64,000 nt of DNA, from assembly GCA_046542315.1 (NCBI GenBank), contig JBKHBO010000003.1:16101-80100 (forward strand), written 5' to 3'. Both the position numbers and the translations under genes were made by a program. Source of the DNA: Clostridia bacterium. GTDB taxonomy: Bacteria > Bacillota > UBA994 > PWPR01. The notes beneath the pieces were generated by a model. That model did no database searches. It was not told the DNA's origin and saw nothing but the letters and a program-made list of their open reading frames with translations. Of this stretch, positions 1 through 10,439 are shown in pieces; positions within the stretch are counted from its first letter, which is position 1; every line of letters begins with the position of its first letter.

Positions 1-1
1 A

Positions 2-79
2 GGTGGAAAAACACCAGAAAAACTCCCAGACGCAGTTCGAGAAGTACCTAGCATTGTTAAGAAATTTTTGGATATTTAA
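2..79 (+). CDS. alaS: alanine--tRNA ligase, 3' end only (gene begins upstream of the window)
   Basis: Reading from nt 2 gives GGKTPEKLPDAVREVPSIVKKFLDI, then TAA at 77-79. This resembles the AlaRS C-terminal tail, and alaS-ireB-ruvX is the conserved Firmicute order. Recognised by recall, not by search; absent from the ORF track. Confidence 0.5.
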   Translation, partial: GGKTPEKLPDAVREVPSIVKKFLDI

Positions 80-89
80 GGAGGGTATT

Positions 90-365
90 ATGGATAAATT
101 TGATAACACAATGAAATTTAATGCTGAGCATGAAAAAAATCAACGCATTAAAGAAATCATCAAAGAAGTGTACGAAGCGCTTGATAGTAAAGGGTATAAT
201 GCAGTCAATCAAATAACAGGATATCTGTTGTCTGGTGACCCTGCTTATATAACTAGTCACAATAATGCTAGAGTACTAATAAGGCAAATAGAAAGAGACG
301 AAATTTTAGAAGCATTAGTAGTTAGCTTTCTTGAAAATGAGAAACTTAAAGGAACCCGTCTATAG
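90..365 (+). CDS. ireB: IreB family regulatory phosphoprotein (UPF0297)
   Basis: Track ORF 3..365 trimmed to ATG 90, preceded by GGAGG (80-84). MDKFDNTMKF...ITGYLLSGDPAYITSHNNAR matches the UPF0297/IreB signature. Position between alaS and ruvX fits. Confidence 0.85.
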   Translation: MDKFDNTMKFNAEHEKNQRIKEIIKEVYEALDSKGYNAVNQITGYLLSGDPAYITSHNNARVLIRQIERDEILEALVVSFLENEKLKGTRL

Positions 366-373
366 ACGGGTTC
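352..373 (+). promoter_or_regulatory. perfect 9-bp stem-loop GAACCCGTC-TATA-GACGGGTTC spanning the ireB stop codon
   Basis: Inverted repeat read directly. TAG 363-365 sits in the loop and 3' arm. No real U-tract follows, so it is a weak terminator, attenuator or processing site at best. Confidence 0.4.
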
Positions 374-381
374 AGTTATTA

Positions 382-1323
382 ATGGAATATAACAAACTAG
401 GCCGTACAAATATTAAAGTATCTCAGGTGGGATTTGGAGCACTTACTTTAAGTAAGCTTCAAAAGAATCTTTCTCCTAAAGAGGCTAGATATCTATTAGA
501 TGCAGCAGTAGATTACGGGATTAACTTTTTTGATACTTCAGAGTTTTATGACAATTATTCTTCTTTATCCTATCTGAGCAACTATGAGAATATTGTAATG
601 GCTTCAAAATCTTATGCATATAATAAGTCTGGTGCTAGAAAAAGCGTAGAAAAAGCTTTAAAAGAATTAAATAGAAGTTATATAGATATTTTTTGTTTGC
701 ACGAGCAGGAATCAGAATTAACTCTAAAGGGTCATTTGGAAGCATTGCTTGAATTAAAAAGAATGAAAGAAGAAGGTCTAATCAGAGCAATAGGTATTTC
801 TACTCATTACATAAGAGGAGCTAAAGCAGCTATAGAAAATGATTATATTGAAATTGTTCAAGCTATTATCAATTACAAAGGAGTAGGCATAGTAGATGGC
901 ACTCTTAATGAGATGGATGAAGTATTAAAGACTTTAAAAGATAATAATAAAGGTATTTATGCTATGAAAATTCTTGGTGGAGGAAGTCTTTACAAAGAAG
1001 TGATAGAAGCTTTTACTTTCATAAAGAATTATCCGAATATGGACTCTTTTGCGCTTGGAATTGGAGATTTATCTGAGTTAGAATTTGCAGTAAAATTTTT
1101 CACAGAAGGGACAATTAATAAAACATTGTTAAAGAAAACAAGCGATATAAATAGAAAACTTTACATATCTTCATGGTGTATTGGATGTGGAAAATGTGTT
1201 GAAAAGTGTTCTCAGGAAGCTTTAAGCCTTGCTGGTGGGAAGGTAGAAGTGAATACCAAAAGATGTATATTGTGTGGATATTGCGTAGGAGTTTGTCCTG
1301 AATTGTGTATCAAAATTTTTTAG
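382..1323 (+). CDS. aldo/keto reductase fused to a C-terminal 2x[4Fe-4S] ferredoxin domain
   Basis: Start moved from 331 to ATG 382, giving the canonical AKR N-terminus MEYNKLGRTNIKVSQVGFG. The C-terminus has CIGCGKCVEKC and CILCGYCVGVCP cluster motifs. Confidence 0.75.
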   Translation: MEYNKLGRTNIKVSQVGFGALTLSKLQKNLSPKEARYLLDAAVDYGINFFDTSEFYDNYSSLSYLSNYENIVMASKSYAYNKSGARKSVEKALKELNRSYIDIFCLHEQESELTLKGHLEALLELKRMKEEGLIRAIGISTHYIRGAKAAIENDYIEIVQAIINYKGVGIVDGTLNEMDEVLKTLKDNNKGIYAMKILGGGSLYKEVIEAFTFIKNYPNMDSFALGIGDLSELEFAVKFFTEGTINKTLLKKTSDINRKLYISSWCIGCGKCVEKCSQEALSLAGGKVEVNTKRCILCGYCVGVCPELCIKIF

Positions 1324-1341
1324 TTTTAGGGTGTGAGTTTA

Positions 1342-1758
1342 GTGAGAATAATGGCTCTTGATGTAGGAGAAGTAAGAATAGGGATAGCATTAACAGACCC
1401 ACTCCGTATGATTGCATCCCCTTATGATGTTTATGTAAGAAAAAATACAGAAGCTGATATAGACTATTTTATTGATTTAATAAAAAGTAAAAAAGTAAGC
1501 GAACTGATTATAGGGTTACCAAAGCATTTAGATGGTAATGAAGGCAAGACAGCAAAAATGATAAGAGACTTTGCAGAAACACTTACTCAAAAAAGCGATG
1601 TAAAGATAGTTTTTCAAGATGAAAGATTTACATCAAAAAGTGCTGACCAGTTCCTAATTTCTAATAATATGAGAAGAAGCAAGAGAAAAAATGTGATTGA
1701 TAAAATGGCAGCACAGATTATTCTACAAAATTATTTGGATAAAATGAGGAATCTATAA
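1342..1758 (+). CDS. ruvX: Holliday junction resolvase-like / pre-16S rRNA nuclease RuvX (YqgF)
   Basis: GTG 1342 gives MRIMALDVGEVRIGIA, like Bacillus YrrK. C-terminal KRKNVIDKMAAQIILQNYLD fits. Alternative starts are 1333 and 1351. Confidence 0.85.
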   Translation: MRIMALDVGEVRIGIALTDPLRMIASPYDVYVRKNTEADIDYFIDLIKSKKVSELIIGLPKHLDGNEGKTAKMIRDFAETLTQKSDVKIVFQDERFTSKSADQFLISNNMRRSKRKNVIDKMAAQIILQNYLDKMRNL

Positions 1759-1759
1759 C

Positions 1760-1788
1760 TTGACGTTTAAGGAAAGAAAATTTACAAT
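1760..1788 (+). promoter_or_regulatory. sigma-A-type promoter (TTGACG, 17 nt, TACAAT)
   Basis: -35 at 1760-1765 and -10 at 1783-1788 with a 17-nt spacer, just upstream of the DUF1292 gene. Confidence 0.45.
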
Positions 1789-1815
1789 GTAATCAGTTGA
1801 ATGGAGGAATATAAA

Positions 1816-2088
1816 ATGTCATTCCAAGAAGAAGAAATTATTGTATTAATTGATGAAGATGAGAACGAGATAGAGTTTGAGATAATTGAAATATTTGAGA
1901 CTACTACTAATGAGAATAAATACGCATTCTTATTTCCATTAGACGAAGAAGAAGAGTCAATAATAATGAAGATTGTTTTAGACGAAGATGGTGAAGAAAT
2001 TTTAGTCGAGATTGATGATGATCAAGAGTGGGAAGAAGTTATACAAGCTTGGGAAGATTATATCTCAGAATTAGAAGAAGAAGAATAA
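1816..2088 (+). CDS. DUF1292 / UPF0473 family protein (YrzB-like)
   Basis: ATG 1816 lies 8 nt after GGAGG. The product is small and very acidic (EIEFEIIEIFE...KYAFLFP). It follows ruvX and precedes mltG, as in Bacillus. Confidence 0.75.
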   Translation: MSFQEEEIIVLIDEDENEIEFEIIEIFETTTNENKYAFLFPLDEEEESIIMKIVLDEDGEEILVEIDDDQEWEEVIQAWEDYISELEEEE

Positions 2089-2112
2089 AAAAGGGTCATT
2101 TGACCCTTTTTT
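2087..2112 (+). terminator. rho-independent terminator
   Basis: AAAAAGGGTC-ATTT-GACCCTTTTTT immediately after the stop codon. Confidence 0.75.
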
Positions 2113-2138
2113 CATAATTTATTTTAGAAAGGGCAAAC

Positions 2139-3152
2139 ATGAAAGCAATAAAAAGGGTTTTTATAAAAACAATTTTAGTTATAGTTGCTATTGTTGTTAT
2201 ATTTAGTGCTGTAAGAGTTACAGCTAACATTCTTAAAGAAGAAAAAACAATATATATTGAAATACCTTCTGGATATAATCCAAGACAGATAGCAAATTTG
2301 CTAAAATCTAATGACATCATAGATTCTGCCTTTTATTTTAGATCCCTACTTAAGGTATCGCCTGATTCATCAAATCTTAAAGCAGGACTATATGAGTTCA
2401 GTTCAAAAGAGTCAACTCTAAAAATAATATCTAAGTTGGTCAATGGAGAAGTTGCAGTATATGAAGATGTACGTATAACTATTCCTGAAGGCAGGAATAT
2501 TGAACAGATAGGAGAAATATTTGAAAGAGAGGGCTTATTCTCACTTGAAGAATTTTTAGAAGCTGTGAATGAATATCACCTTGAATATGAATGGGTTGAA
2601 GATATTCCTAATGATAGAATTGAATACAAGTATGAGGGATATTTATTCCCGGACACATATGATTTTAAATCTATAGCAACACCTGAAATGGTTATAGATA
2701 AGTTAGCTGCTAGATTTAATCAACAAGTTTACAATCTATATAAAGAGAGTGACAACGATAGTGATTTAAGTTTTCATGAATTGGTGACACTTGCTTCAAT
2801 AGTAGAAAAGGAGGCTGTATTAACTGAAGAAAGACCAATAATTGCTAGTATATTCTTTAATAGGTTAGATACTAGTTTAGCTTTGCAAAGTTGTGCAACA
2901 GTGCAATATGTATTAGAAGAACATAAAGAAGTACTTTCTACAAAAGATACACAGATAGAATCTCCATTTAATACATATAGATATCCTGGATTACCACCAG
3001 GACCAATTTCGTCTATAGGCCAGTCTTCATTTAAAGCAGTTTTAGACCCCGCTGATACAAACTACAAATATTTTCATGCTATCGGTGGAGGAAAACATAG
3101 TTTTAGTGTAACCTTTCAGGAACATCAAGAGTCAATAAGAAATAATAGGTAG
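2139..3152 (+). CDS. mltG: endolytic murein transglycosylase MltG (YceG-like)
   Basis: N-terminal TM helix, LASIVEKEA catalytic-Glu region, and NTYRYPGLPPGPISS motif. Confidence 0.9.
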   Translation: MKAIKRVFIKTILVIVAIVVIFSAVRVTANILKEEKTIYIEIPSGYNPRQIANLLKSNDIIDSAFYFRSLLKVSPDSSNLKAGLYEFSSKESTLKIISKLVNGEVAVYEDVRITIPEGRNIEQIGEIFEREGLFSLEEFLEAVNEYHLEYEWVEDIPNDRIEYKYEGYLFPDTYDFKSIATPEMVIDKLAARFNQQVYNLYKESDNDSDLSFHELVTLASIVEKEAVLTEERPIIASIFFNRLDTSLALQSCATVQYVLEEHKEVLSTKDTQIESPFNTYRYPGLPPGPISSIGQSSFKAVLDPADTNYKYFHAIGGGKHSFSVTFQEHQESIRNNR

Positions 3153-3161
3153 GTGTAATTA

Positions 3162-4397
3162 ATGGATAAAATAGAATTACTAGCTCCAGCAGGTAATTTA
3201 GAAAAATTAAAGTTTGCAATTAATTATGGTGCTGATGCTATATATTTAGGTGGTACTGAATTTGGATTAAGAGCATTTGCAGGAAATTTCACAACAGAAG
3301 AGATGGAAGAAGCAGTAGAGTATGCTCATAAAAATGGAGCAAAAATTTATGTAACAGTTAATATAATCGCACACAATGAAGATCTTGAATCACTAGAAGA
3401 GTATTTAATGCAACTTGAAAGTTTAAAAGTTGATGCGTTAATTATTGCTGATCCAGGTATAGTTAGAATAGCGAGAAAAGTAGTGCCTAATATGGAGATT
3501 CACTTAAGCACACAAGCTAGCAATACTAATTGGAGTGCAGCAAAATTTTGGAGTGATTTTGGAGTTAAAAGAATTATATTAGCAAGAGAACTGACCTTAG
3601 AGGAAATAGAAGAAATGGTCAGGAAAGTCCCTGAAATAGACTTTGAAGCATTTGTGCATGGAGCTATGTGTGTTTCTTATAGTGGGAGATGTCTTTTAAG
3701 CAATTATCTTGCAGGAAGAGACGCAAATAGAGGGCAATGCGCACAACCATGTAGATGGGAATATGATTTGATAGAGAAAAATAGGCCAAACCAAAAGTTC
3801 GGTATTGAGCAAGATCAAAAGGGAACATATATTTTTAACTCTAAAGATATGAATACTATAAGCATATTACCTAGCATTATAAATACGGGTGTAAAATCAC
3901 TAAAAATTGAAGGTCGTATGAAAAGTTTACATTATGTAGCTACTGTTACAAAAATATATAGAGAAGCAATTGATTCATATTATGATAATCCAGAAAAATA
4001 TATTGTAAAACAAGAATGGATTGAAGAATTAAATAAGCCAAGCCATAGACCTTTCTTTCCTGGATTTTATTTGAATAAACCTACTGATAGTAGGGATAGC
4101 CAACACATAGAGACCTCGAAATATTTTAGAGATTATGATTTTATCGGGGTAGTAAGAGATTATGATAAAGACAAAGGAGTAGCCTTAGTGGAACAGAGGA
4201 ACTTATTTGAGGTTGGAGAAGAAATTGAAATAATGAACTTAAAAGGAGACACTTTTGATTTTGAAATACTCAAAATAATTGATAGTGAGACAAATGAATC
4301 TATTTCAAGAGCTCCTCATGCACAACAATTAGTCTGGATTGATGTGCCTAAGCCAGTGAGCCAAAGGGCAATTTTAAGGAGAAAAGTAAATGGGTAG
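3162..4397 (+). CDS. peptidase U32 family protein (YrrO/TrhP-like, tRNA ho5U synthesis family)
   Basis: U32 signature [20 protein letters not shown]. mltG-U32-udk order matches the Bacillus yrr cluster. Confidence 0.8.
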   Translation: MDKIELLAPAGNLEKLKFAINYGADAIYLGGTEFGLRAFAGNFTTEEMEEAVEYAHKNGAKIYVTVNIIAHNEDLESLEEYLMQLESLKVDALIIADPGIVRIARKVVPNMEIHLSTQASNTNWSAAKFWSDFGVKRIILARELTLEEIEEMVRKVPEIDFEAFVHGAMCVSYSGRCLLSNYLAGRDANRGQCAQPCRWEYDLIEKNRPNQKFGIEQDQKGTYIFNSKDMNTISILPSIINTGVKSLKIEGRMKSLHYVATVTKIYREAIDSYYDNPEKYIVKQEWIEELNKPSHRPFFPGFYLNKPTDSRDSQHIETSKYFRDYDFIGVVRDYDKDKGVALVEQRNLFEVGEEIEIMNLKGDTFDFEILKIIDSETNESISRAPHAQQLVWIDVPKPVSQRAILRRKVNG

Positions 4398-5019
4398 AGC
4401 TATTTTAATTGGGATTGCAGGAGGAAGTGGCTCTGGCAAAACAACTGTTGCAAAAGCATTAAAAAAAAAGCAAAAAGACAATATCTTAATAATTGAGCAA
4501 GATGCCTATTATAAGAATAGGCAAGATCTTAGTTACGAAGAGAGATGCTTATTAAATTATGACCACCCCAATGCATTTGATACAGAGCTATTATGTGAAC
4601 ATTTAATTGCATTAATTAATGGTGAGTCTATAAATAAACCCATATATGACTTTAGTGTTCATTTGAGAAAAGAAGAAACTATCAAAGTATCCCCTTGTCC
4701 AATTATCATTTTAGAAGGTATTTTAGTCTTAGAAAGTGAAACGTTAAGAGATCTTATGGATATAAAAGTTTATGTAGATACAGATGCTGATGTTAGAGTT
4801 TTAAGAAGACTTAAAAGAGATATTAGAGAAAGAGGTAGAACTTTAGAATCTGTTATCAACCAATATTTAACAACTGTTATGCCGATGCACAATGCTTTTG
4901 TTGAGCCAAGCAAAAGATATGCTGATATAATTATTCCAGAAGGCGGTAAAAATATGGTTGCTATAGATATACTTAATAGCAGACTAGATAACGTAAAAAA
5001 TTTAGAGGAAGAGTGTTAA
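4390..5019 (+). CDS. udk: uridine kinase
   Basis: P-loop [12 protein letters not shown], then YDHPNAFD and [10 protein letters not shown] motifs. Confidence 0.9.
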   Translation: MGRAILIGIAGGSGSGKTTVAKALKKKQKDNILIIEQDAYYKNRQDLSYEERCLLNYDHPNAFDTELLCEHLIALINGESINKPIYDFSVHLRKEETIKVSPCPIIILEGILVLESETLRDLMDIKVYVDTDADVRVLRRLKRDIRERGRTLESVINQYLTTVMPMHNAFVEPSKRYADIIIPEGGKNMVAIDILNSRLDNVKNLEEEC

Positions 5020-5495
5020 TGAGCTTTTTAATTCCAGATTATAGTTATAGAACTATCTATGATATTGATTTTGAGAAATTGAAGAAGGAAGGTATTAAGC
5101 TAGTATTAGTTGATATAGATAACACCATTATTGCTTGGGACAGTGTTATAGTTAATGAGAAATTAATTGCATTTTTTGATGAGTTAAAAGATTCTGGATT
5201 CGTAGTTAGGATATTATCTAACGCTCCAAAAGAGAGAGCAAAAGAAATTTCTAAAAAATTAGGTGTAAAAGGCATTGGCAGATCATATAAGCCTTTTTCT
5301 TTTAATTTTAAAAAAAGCATAAATTCTGAAGGCTTCAAAAAGAGTGAAACTATAATGATCGGTGATCAGATCTTTACAGACTTACTAGGAGCAAAGTTAG
5401 CTGGAATAAAAGTAATTTTGGTTGATCCAATTAGTAAAAAAGAGTTAAAAGTAACTAAGTTTATGAGACTATTAGAAAAGTTTATCAGAAAATAA
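5013..5495 (+). CDS. YqeG family HAD-IIIA phosphatase
   Basis: DxDxT motif (VLVDIDNTI) and [11 protein letters not shown] motif IV. An alternative start is ATG 5019. Confidence 0.75.
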   Translation: MLMSFLIPDYSYRTIYDIDFEKLKKEGIKLVLVDIDNTIIAWDSVIVNEKLIAFFDELKDSGFVVRILSNAPKERAKEISKKLGVKGIGRSYKPFSFNFKKSINSEGFKKSETIMIGDQIFTDLLGAKLAGIKVILVDPISKKELKVTKFMRLLEKFIRK

Positions 5496-5517
5496 GTAAA
5501 AGCAGAGGTGTCTAATT

Positions 5518-6015
5518 TTGAGAATTTTGGGCGTAGATCCAGGGCTAGCAATAACAGGTTTTGCTATAATAGAGGAGCAGAATAATTTAAAAATACCAGT
5601 TGCATATGGTTGCATAAGAACAAGTTCAAAAGAAGACCACTACAAGAGATTGCTAACTATTTTCGAAGACATTACTCACATTATAGAAAAATATAAGCCT
5701 CAAGTTGCCGCTGTTGAAAAATTGTTTTTTAACAAAAATGTTAGAACAGCTTTAAAAGTAGGAGAGGCTAGAGGAGTAGTTTTATTAGCAATTGCAAAAG
5801 CAAGTCTAGATATATATGAGTATACACCTTTGCAGGTTAAACAAGCACTTGTAGGATATGGCAGAGCTGATAAGCAACAAGTTCAATATATGGTTAAATC
5901 TGAGTTTAAATTAAAAAAATCTCCTTCTCCAGATGATGTGGCAGATGCATGTGCTGTAGCTTTAACACATATACGTTCAGTAAAATATCAAAATATGATA
6001 AAGGAGTACAAGTAA
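5518..6015 (+). CDS. ruvC: crossover junction endodeoxyribonuclease RuvC
   Basis: TTG start after GAGGTG. MRILGVDPGLAITGFA and DDVADACAVAL are catalytic acidic motifs. Confidence 0.9.
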   Translation: MRILGVDPGLAITGFAIIEEQNNLKIPVAYGCIRTSSKEDHYKRLLTIFEDITHIIEKYKPQVAAVEKLFFNKNVRTALKVGEARGVVLLAIAKASLDIYEYTPLQVKQALVGYGRADKQQVQYMVKSEFKLKKSPSPDDVADACAVALTHIRSVKYQNMIKEYK

Positions 6016-6617
6016 TGTTTGAATATGTCCAAGGCACACTGAAACATATAGACTCAGATTACGTTGTGATAGATATAAACGTCATAGGATTTAAGGTATT
6101 TACCCGAGTAAATAGTATAGTTGGACACATAGATAAAGAAGAAGAACTAAAGTTATATAATTATCTTAATGTTAGAGAGAATGAGATTAGTTTATATGGT
6201 TTTGTGACTAAACAAGAGCTTGAACTATTTGAGTTACTAATAAATGTCTCAGGAATTGGTCCAAGGGTAGCTCTTAACATCTTAAACAATACAAATGCGA
6301 GAGACTTAGTATCAGCAATAGCTTTTGAAGATGTCAAAGCACTTATGAAATTGCCTGGAGTAGGTAAGAAGACTGCTCAAAAAATATTGCTTGAACTAAA
6401 AGATAAACTTGCTATTAGTGATGTTGAAGATGACATCCCTTCAAGACAAATAGGCAGTGAAAACAACGCTCTGTCAGAAGCTATTATGGCATTAGAGTCA
6501 TTAGGGTATGATTCAATGGAATCATCAAGAGCAGTAAATAAAGCGGCTAGCAAAGATTCCAACTTGTCTGTAGAAGATTTAATAAAAACTGCTTTAAAAG
6601 AATTAGCTAGGTTTTAG
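6015..6617 (+). CDS. ruvA: Holliday junction branch migration complex subunit RuvA
   Basis: ATG 6015 overlaps the ruvC stop (TAATG). MFEYVQGTL start; HhH motifs [10 protein letters not shown] and [12 protein letters not shown]. Confidence 0.9.
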   Translation: MFEYVQGTLKHIDSDYVVIDINVIGFKVFTRVNSIVGHIDKEEELKLYNYLNVRENEISLYGFVTKQELELFELLINVSGIGPRVALNILNNTNARDLVSAIAFEDVKALMKLPGVGKKTAQKILLELKDKLAISDVEDDIPSRQIGSENNALSEAIMALESLGYDSMESSRAVNKAASKDSNLSVEDLIKTALKELARF

Positions 6618-6628
6618 GAGAGATTATA

Positions 6629-7669
6629 TTGATAGAAGAAAAACAAGACAGAGTTATTAGTGCTGAACACAAAGATATAGATATAGAGCTAGAAACCTCT
6701 CTTCGACCTAATTATTTTAGTGAGTATATCGGTCAGACTAAGGTAGTTGAAAATTTAAAAATATTTATACAGGCCGCAGTTGGTAGGAAAGAAGCATTGG
6801 ATCATGTTCTTTTATATGGGCCTCCTGGTTTAGGTAAAACTACTTTAGCTCATATTATAGCTAATGAAATGAAATCTAATATCAGAGTTACTTCTGGTCC
6901 AGCAATAGAGAGGCCTGGAGATTTAGCTGCAATTTTAACTAATTTAGATAAAGGCGACGTATTATTTATTGATGAGGTTCATAGGTTAAATCGTACTGTT
7001 GAAGAAGTCTTGTATTCTGCGATGGAAGATTATGCTTTAGACATAATCGTTGGCAAAGGTCCAAGTGCAAGATCAATTAGACTAGATCTTCAAAACTTTA
7101 CTCTTATTGGGGCTACTACTAGAGCAGGTAGTTTATCATCCCCATTAAGAAGTAGATTTGGTGTTGTAAGTAGATTGCAATATTATCAGATTAATGAACT
7201 TAGCGATATTATTGTTAGGTCTGCAAAAATTCTTGATATTGAGATAGATCAAAATGGTGCGTTAGAAATAGCCAAAAGATCTAGAGGTACCCCAAGAGTA
7301 GCCAATAGACTACTAAAAAGAGCTAGGGATTACGCAGAAGTAAAAGCTAGTGGAATAATTACTTATGATGTAGCAATAGCAGCGCTAAAAATGTTAGAAG
7401 TTGATCAATATGGTTTAGATGCTGTTGATCGCAAACTTTTACTTATGATAATAGAAAAGTTTGACGGTGGGCCAGTGGGCTTGGATACGATGGCTGCTGC
7501 AATTAGTGAGGCACCAGAAACAATTGGTGATGTTTATGAACCTTTTTTACTTCAACAAGGATTTTTGCAAAGAACTCCTAGAGGTAGAGTTGCAACAAAA
7601 TTTGCTTACAATTATTTTGATAAACCAACTAGTCAATCAGAGCAAAAGACTATTTTTAATAAGGAATAG
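6629..7669 (+). CDS. ruvB: Holliday junction DNA helicase RuvB
   Basis: Walker [10 protein letters not shown], Walker [20 protein letters not shown]. Confidence 0.95.
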   Translation: MIEEKQDRVISAEHKDIDIELETSLRPNYFSEYIGQTKVVENLKIFIQAAVGRKEALDHVLLYGPPGLGKTTLAHIIANEMKSNIRVTSGPAIERPGDLAAILTNLDKGDVLFIDEVHRLNRTVEEVLYSAMEDYALDIIVGKGPSARSIRLDLQNFTLIGATTRAGSLSSPLRSRFGVVSRLQYYQINELSDIIVRSAKILDIEIDQNGALEIAKRSRGTPRVANRLLKRARDYAEVKASGIITYDVAIAALKMLEVDQYGLDAVDRKLLLMIIEKFDGGPVGLDTMAAAISEAPETIGDVYEPFLLQQGFLQRTPRGRVATKFAYNYFDKPTSQSEQKTIFNKE

Positions 7670-7678
7670 TGATTAAAT

Positions 7679-8218
7679 ATGAAAATACTATTACATATGT
7701 GCTGTGGTCCATGTGCTAGCGCAACAATAGAATATTTAAAAAAAGAAGGACATGAAGTTTATGGATATTTTTATAACCCTAATATTCATCCATTAATGGA
7801 GTATAGAAAAAGAGAAGAATCTGCGTATAAATTAGCGGAAATTATGAATATCAAAATGATTGGAGAGCCAAAGTACGGTCTAAATGAATATTTGCGTGAA
7901 GTAGTATATAGAGAGAATAAAAGATGTTATTTATGCTATAACATGCGAATTTCAGAAACTGCAAGGATGGCAAGAGTCGGTAAGTTTGATGCGTTTACTA
8001 CCACATTATTGATTAGTCCTTACCAAGCTCATAACCAAATTATTGAGCTAGCTAATGTAGCAGCAGACAGAGAGAATATTAGTTTTTACTACTATGATTT
8101 TAGAGAATTGTTTAAAAGAAGTATAGAATTGTCAAAAGAACATAACTTATATAGACAACAATATTGTGGATGTATCTATAGCGAAGAAGATAGATACAAA
8201 AACCAAAAGAATATATAG
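7679..8218 (+). CDS. queH: epoxyqueuosine reductase QueH (DUF208)
   Basis: HMCCGPCA N-terminal Cys motif and C-terminal QQYCGCIYS. Adjacent to queA-tgt. Confidence 0.8.
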   Translation: MKILLHMCCGPCASATIEYLKKEGHEVYGYFYNPNIHPLMEYRKREESAYKLAEIMNIKMIGEPKYGLNEYLREVVYRENKRCYLCYNMRISETARMARVGKFDAFTTTLLISPYQAHNQIIELANVAADRENISFYYYDFRELFKRSIELSKEHNLYRQQYCGCIYSEEDRYKNQKNI

Positions 8219-8237
8219 AAGTAGGATGGAGAGTTTT

Positions 8238-9281
8238 ATGTCACATAAATTAGATGATTATAATTATGATTTACCAGAAGAATATATAGCTCAGCAACCA
8301 ATATATCCAAGAGACCATTCAAAATTAATGGTGGTTAAAGAAAGCAGTGATAAGTTTATTCATAAGAATTTTTTTGACATCATTGATTTTTTATCTAAAG
8401 GAGACATTTTAGTAGTAAATAACTCAAAAGTTATTCCTGCTAGACTACATGGTAAAAAAGTTCCGACAGGTGGAAAAGTTGAAGCGCTTCTTCTCAAAAA
8501 GAGAAAAGAGGAAAACGTCTGGGAGTGTTTAGTAAAGCCTGCTAGAAGACTAAAGGTAGGTCAAGATCTTTCATTTGGAAACGACCAATTAAAAGCTAAA
8601 ATAATTGAAGAGTTACCAGAAGGCAGAAGACTTATAAAATTTGAAGATGCTAAAAATATTGATGAATTAATAGATAAAGTTGGAGAAATGCCATTGCCTC
8701 CATATATAAAAGAAGAACTTGAAAATAAAGATAGATATCAAACTGTTTATGCAAAGTGGAGAGGTTCAGCAGCTGCACCTACTGCAGGATTACACTTTAC
8801 AGATGAGTTGATTGAAAAGATAGAAGATAAAGGTATAATAATTGCCGAGGTAATGCTTCATGTAGGATTAGGTACATTTAGACCAGTCGATTCTGATGAC
8901 ATTACAAAACATATTATGCACTCAGAATACTATGAGATAAATAATGAAACCGCAGAAAAATTGAACGACGCTAAAAGAGATGGTAAAAAAATTGTAGCAG
9001 TAGGAACAACTTCTATAAGAGTTTTAGAATCAGCAGCAAATGAAGAAGGTCTTTTAGAAGCTAAAAAAGGAAAGACTGACATCTTTATTTATCCAGGATA
9101 TGAGTGGAAGTTTGTTAATTCATTGATTACTAATTTTCATTTACCTAAGTCTTCTTTACTGATGCTTGTTAGTGCATTTATTGGTAGAGATAAAATTCTC
9201 AAAGCGTATGAAGAAGCAAAGAGAAAAAGCTATCGGTTCTTTAGTTTTGGGGATGCGATGTTTTTAACAAGGAGAAATTAG
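8238..9281 (+). CDS. queA: S-adenosylmethionine:tRNA ribosyltransferase-isomerase
   Basis: Start trimmed to ATG 8238 (alternative 8226). YDLPEEYIAQQP, PTAGLHFT, VAVGTTSIRVLES. Confidence 0.9.
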   Translation: MSHKLDDYNYDLPEEYIAQQPIYPRDHSKLMVVKESSDKFIHKNFFDIIDFLSKGDILVVNNSKVIPARLHGKKVPTGGKVEALLLKKRKEENVWECLVKPARRLKVGQDLSFGNDQLKAKIIEELPEGRRLIKFEDAKNIDELIDKVGEMPLPPYIKEELENKDRYQTVYAKWRGSAAAPTAGLHFTDELIEKIEDKGIIIAEVMLHVGLGTFRPVDSDDITKHIMHSEYYEINNETAEKLNDAKRDGKKIVAVGTTSIRVLESAANEEGLLEAKKGKTDIFIYPGYEWKFVNSLITNFHLPKSSLLMLVSAFIGRDKILKAYEEAKRKSYRFFSFGDAMFLTRRN

Positions 9282-10394
<1,113 letters not shown>

Positions 10395-10439
10395 ATACAA
10401 ATAGAGATAAAGATAATTTGTAGTTTATCTGGAGGAACT

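Noticed and set aside
3-89. N-terminal 29-codon extension of the ireB ORF in the track
   Set aside because: The region is better explained by the alaS 3' end in another frame, with TAA at 77-79. A GGAGG RBS lies directly before ATG 90.
7461-7676. 71-aa plus-strand alternative-frame ORF at the end of ruvB
   Set aside because: It is fully nested in ruvB in another frame. It has no RBS and no recognisable family.
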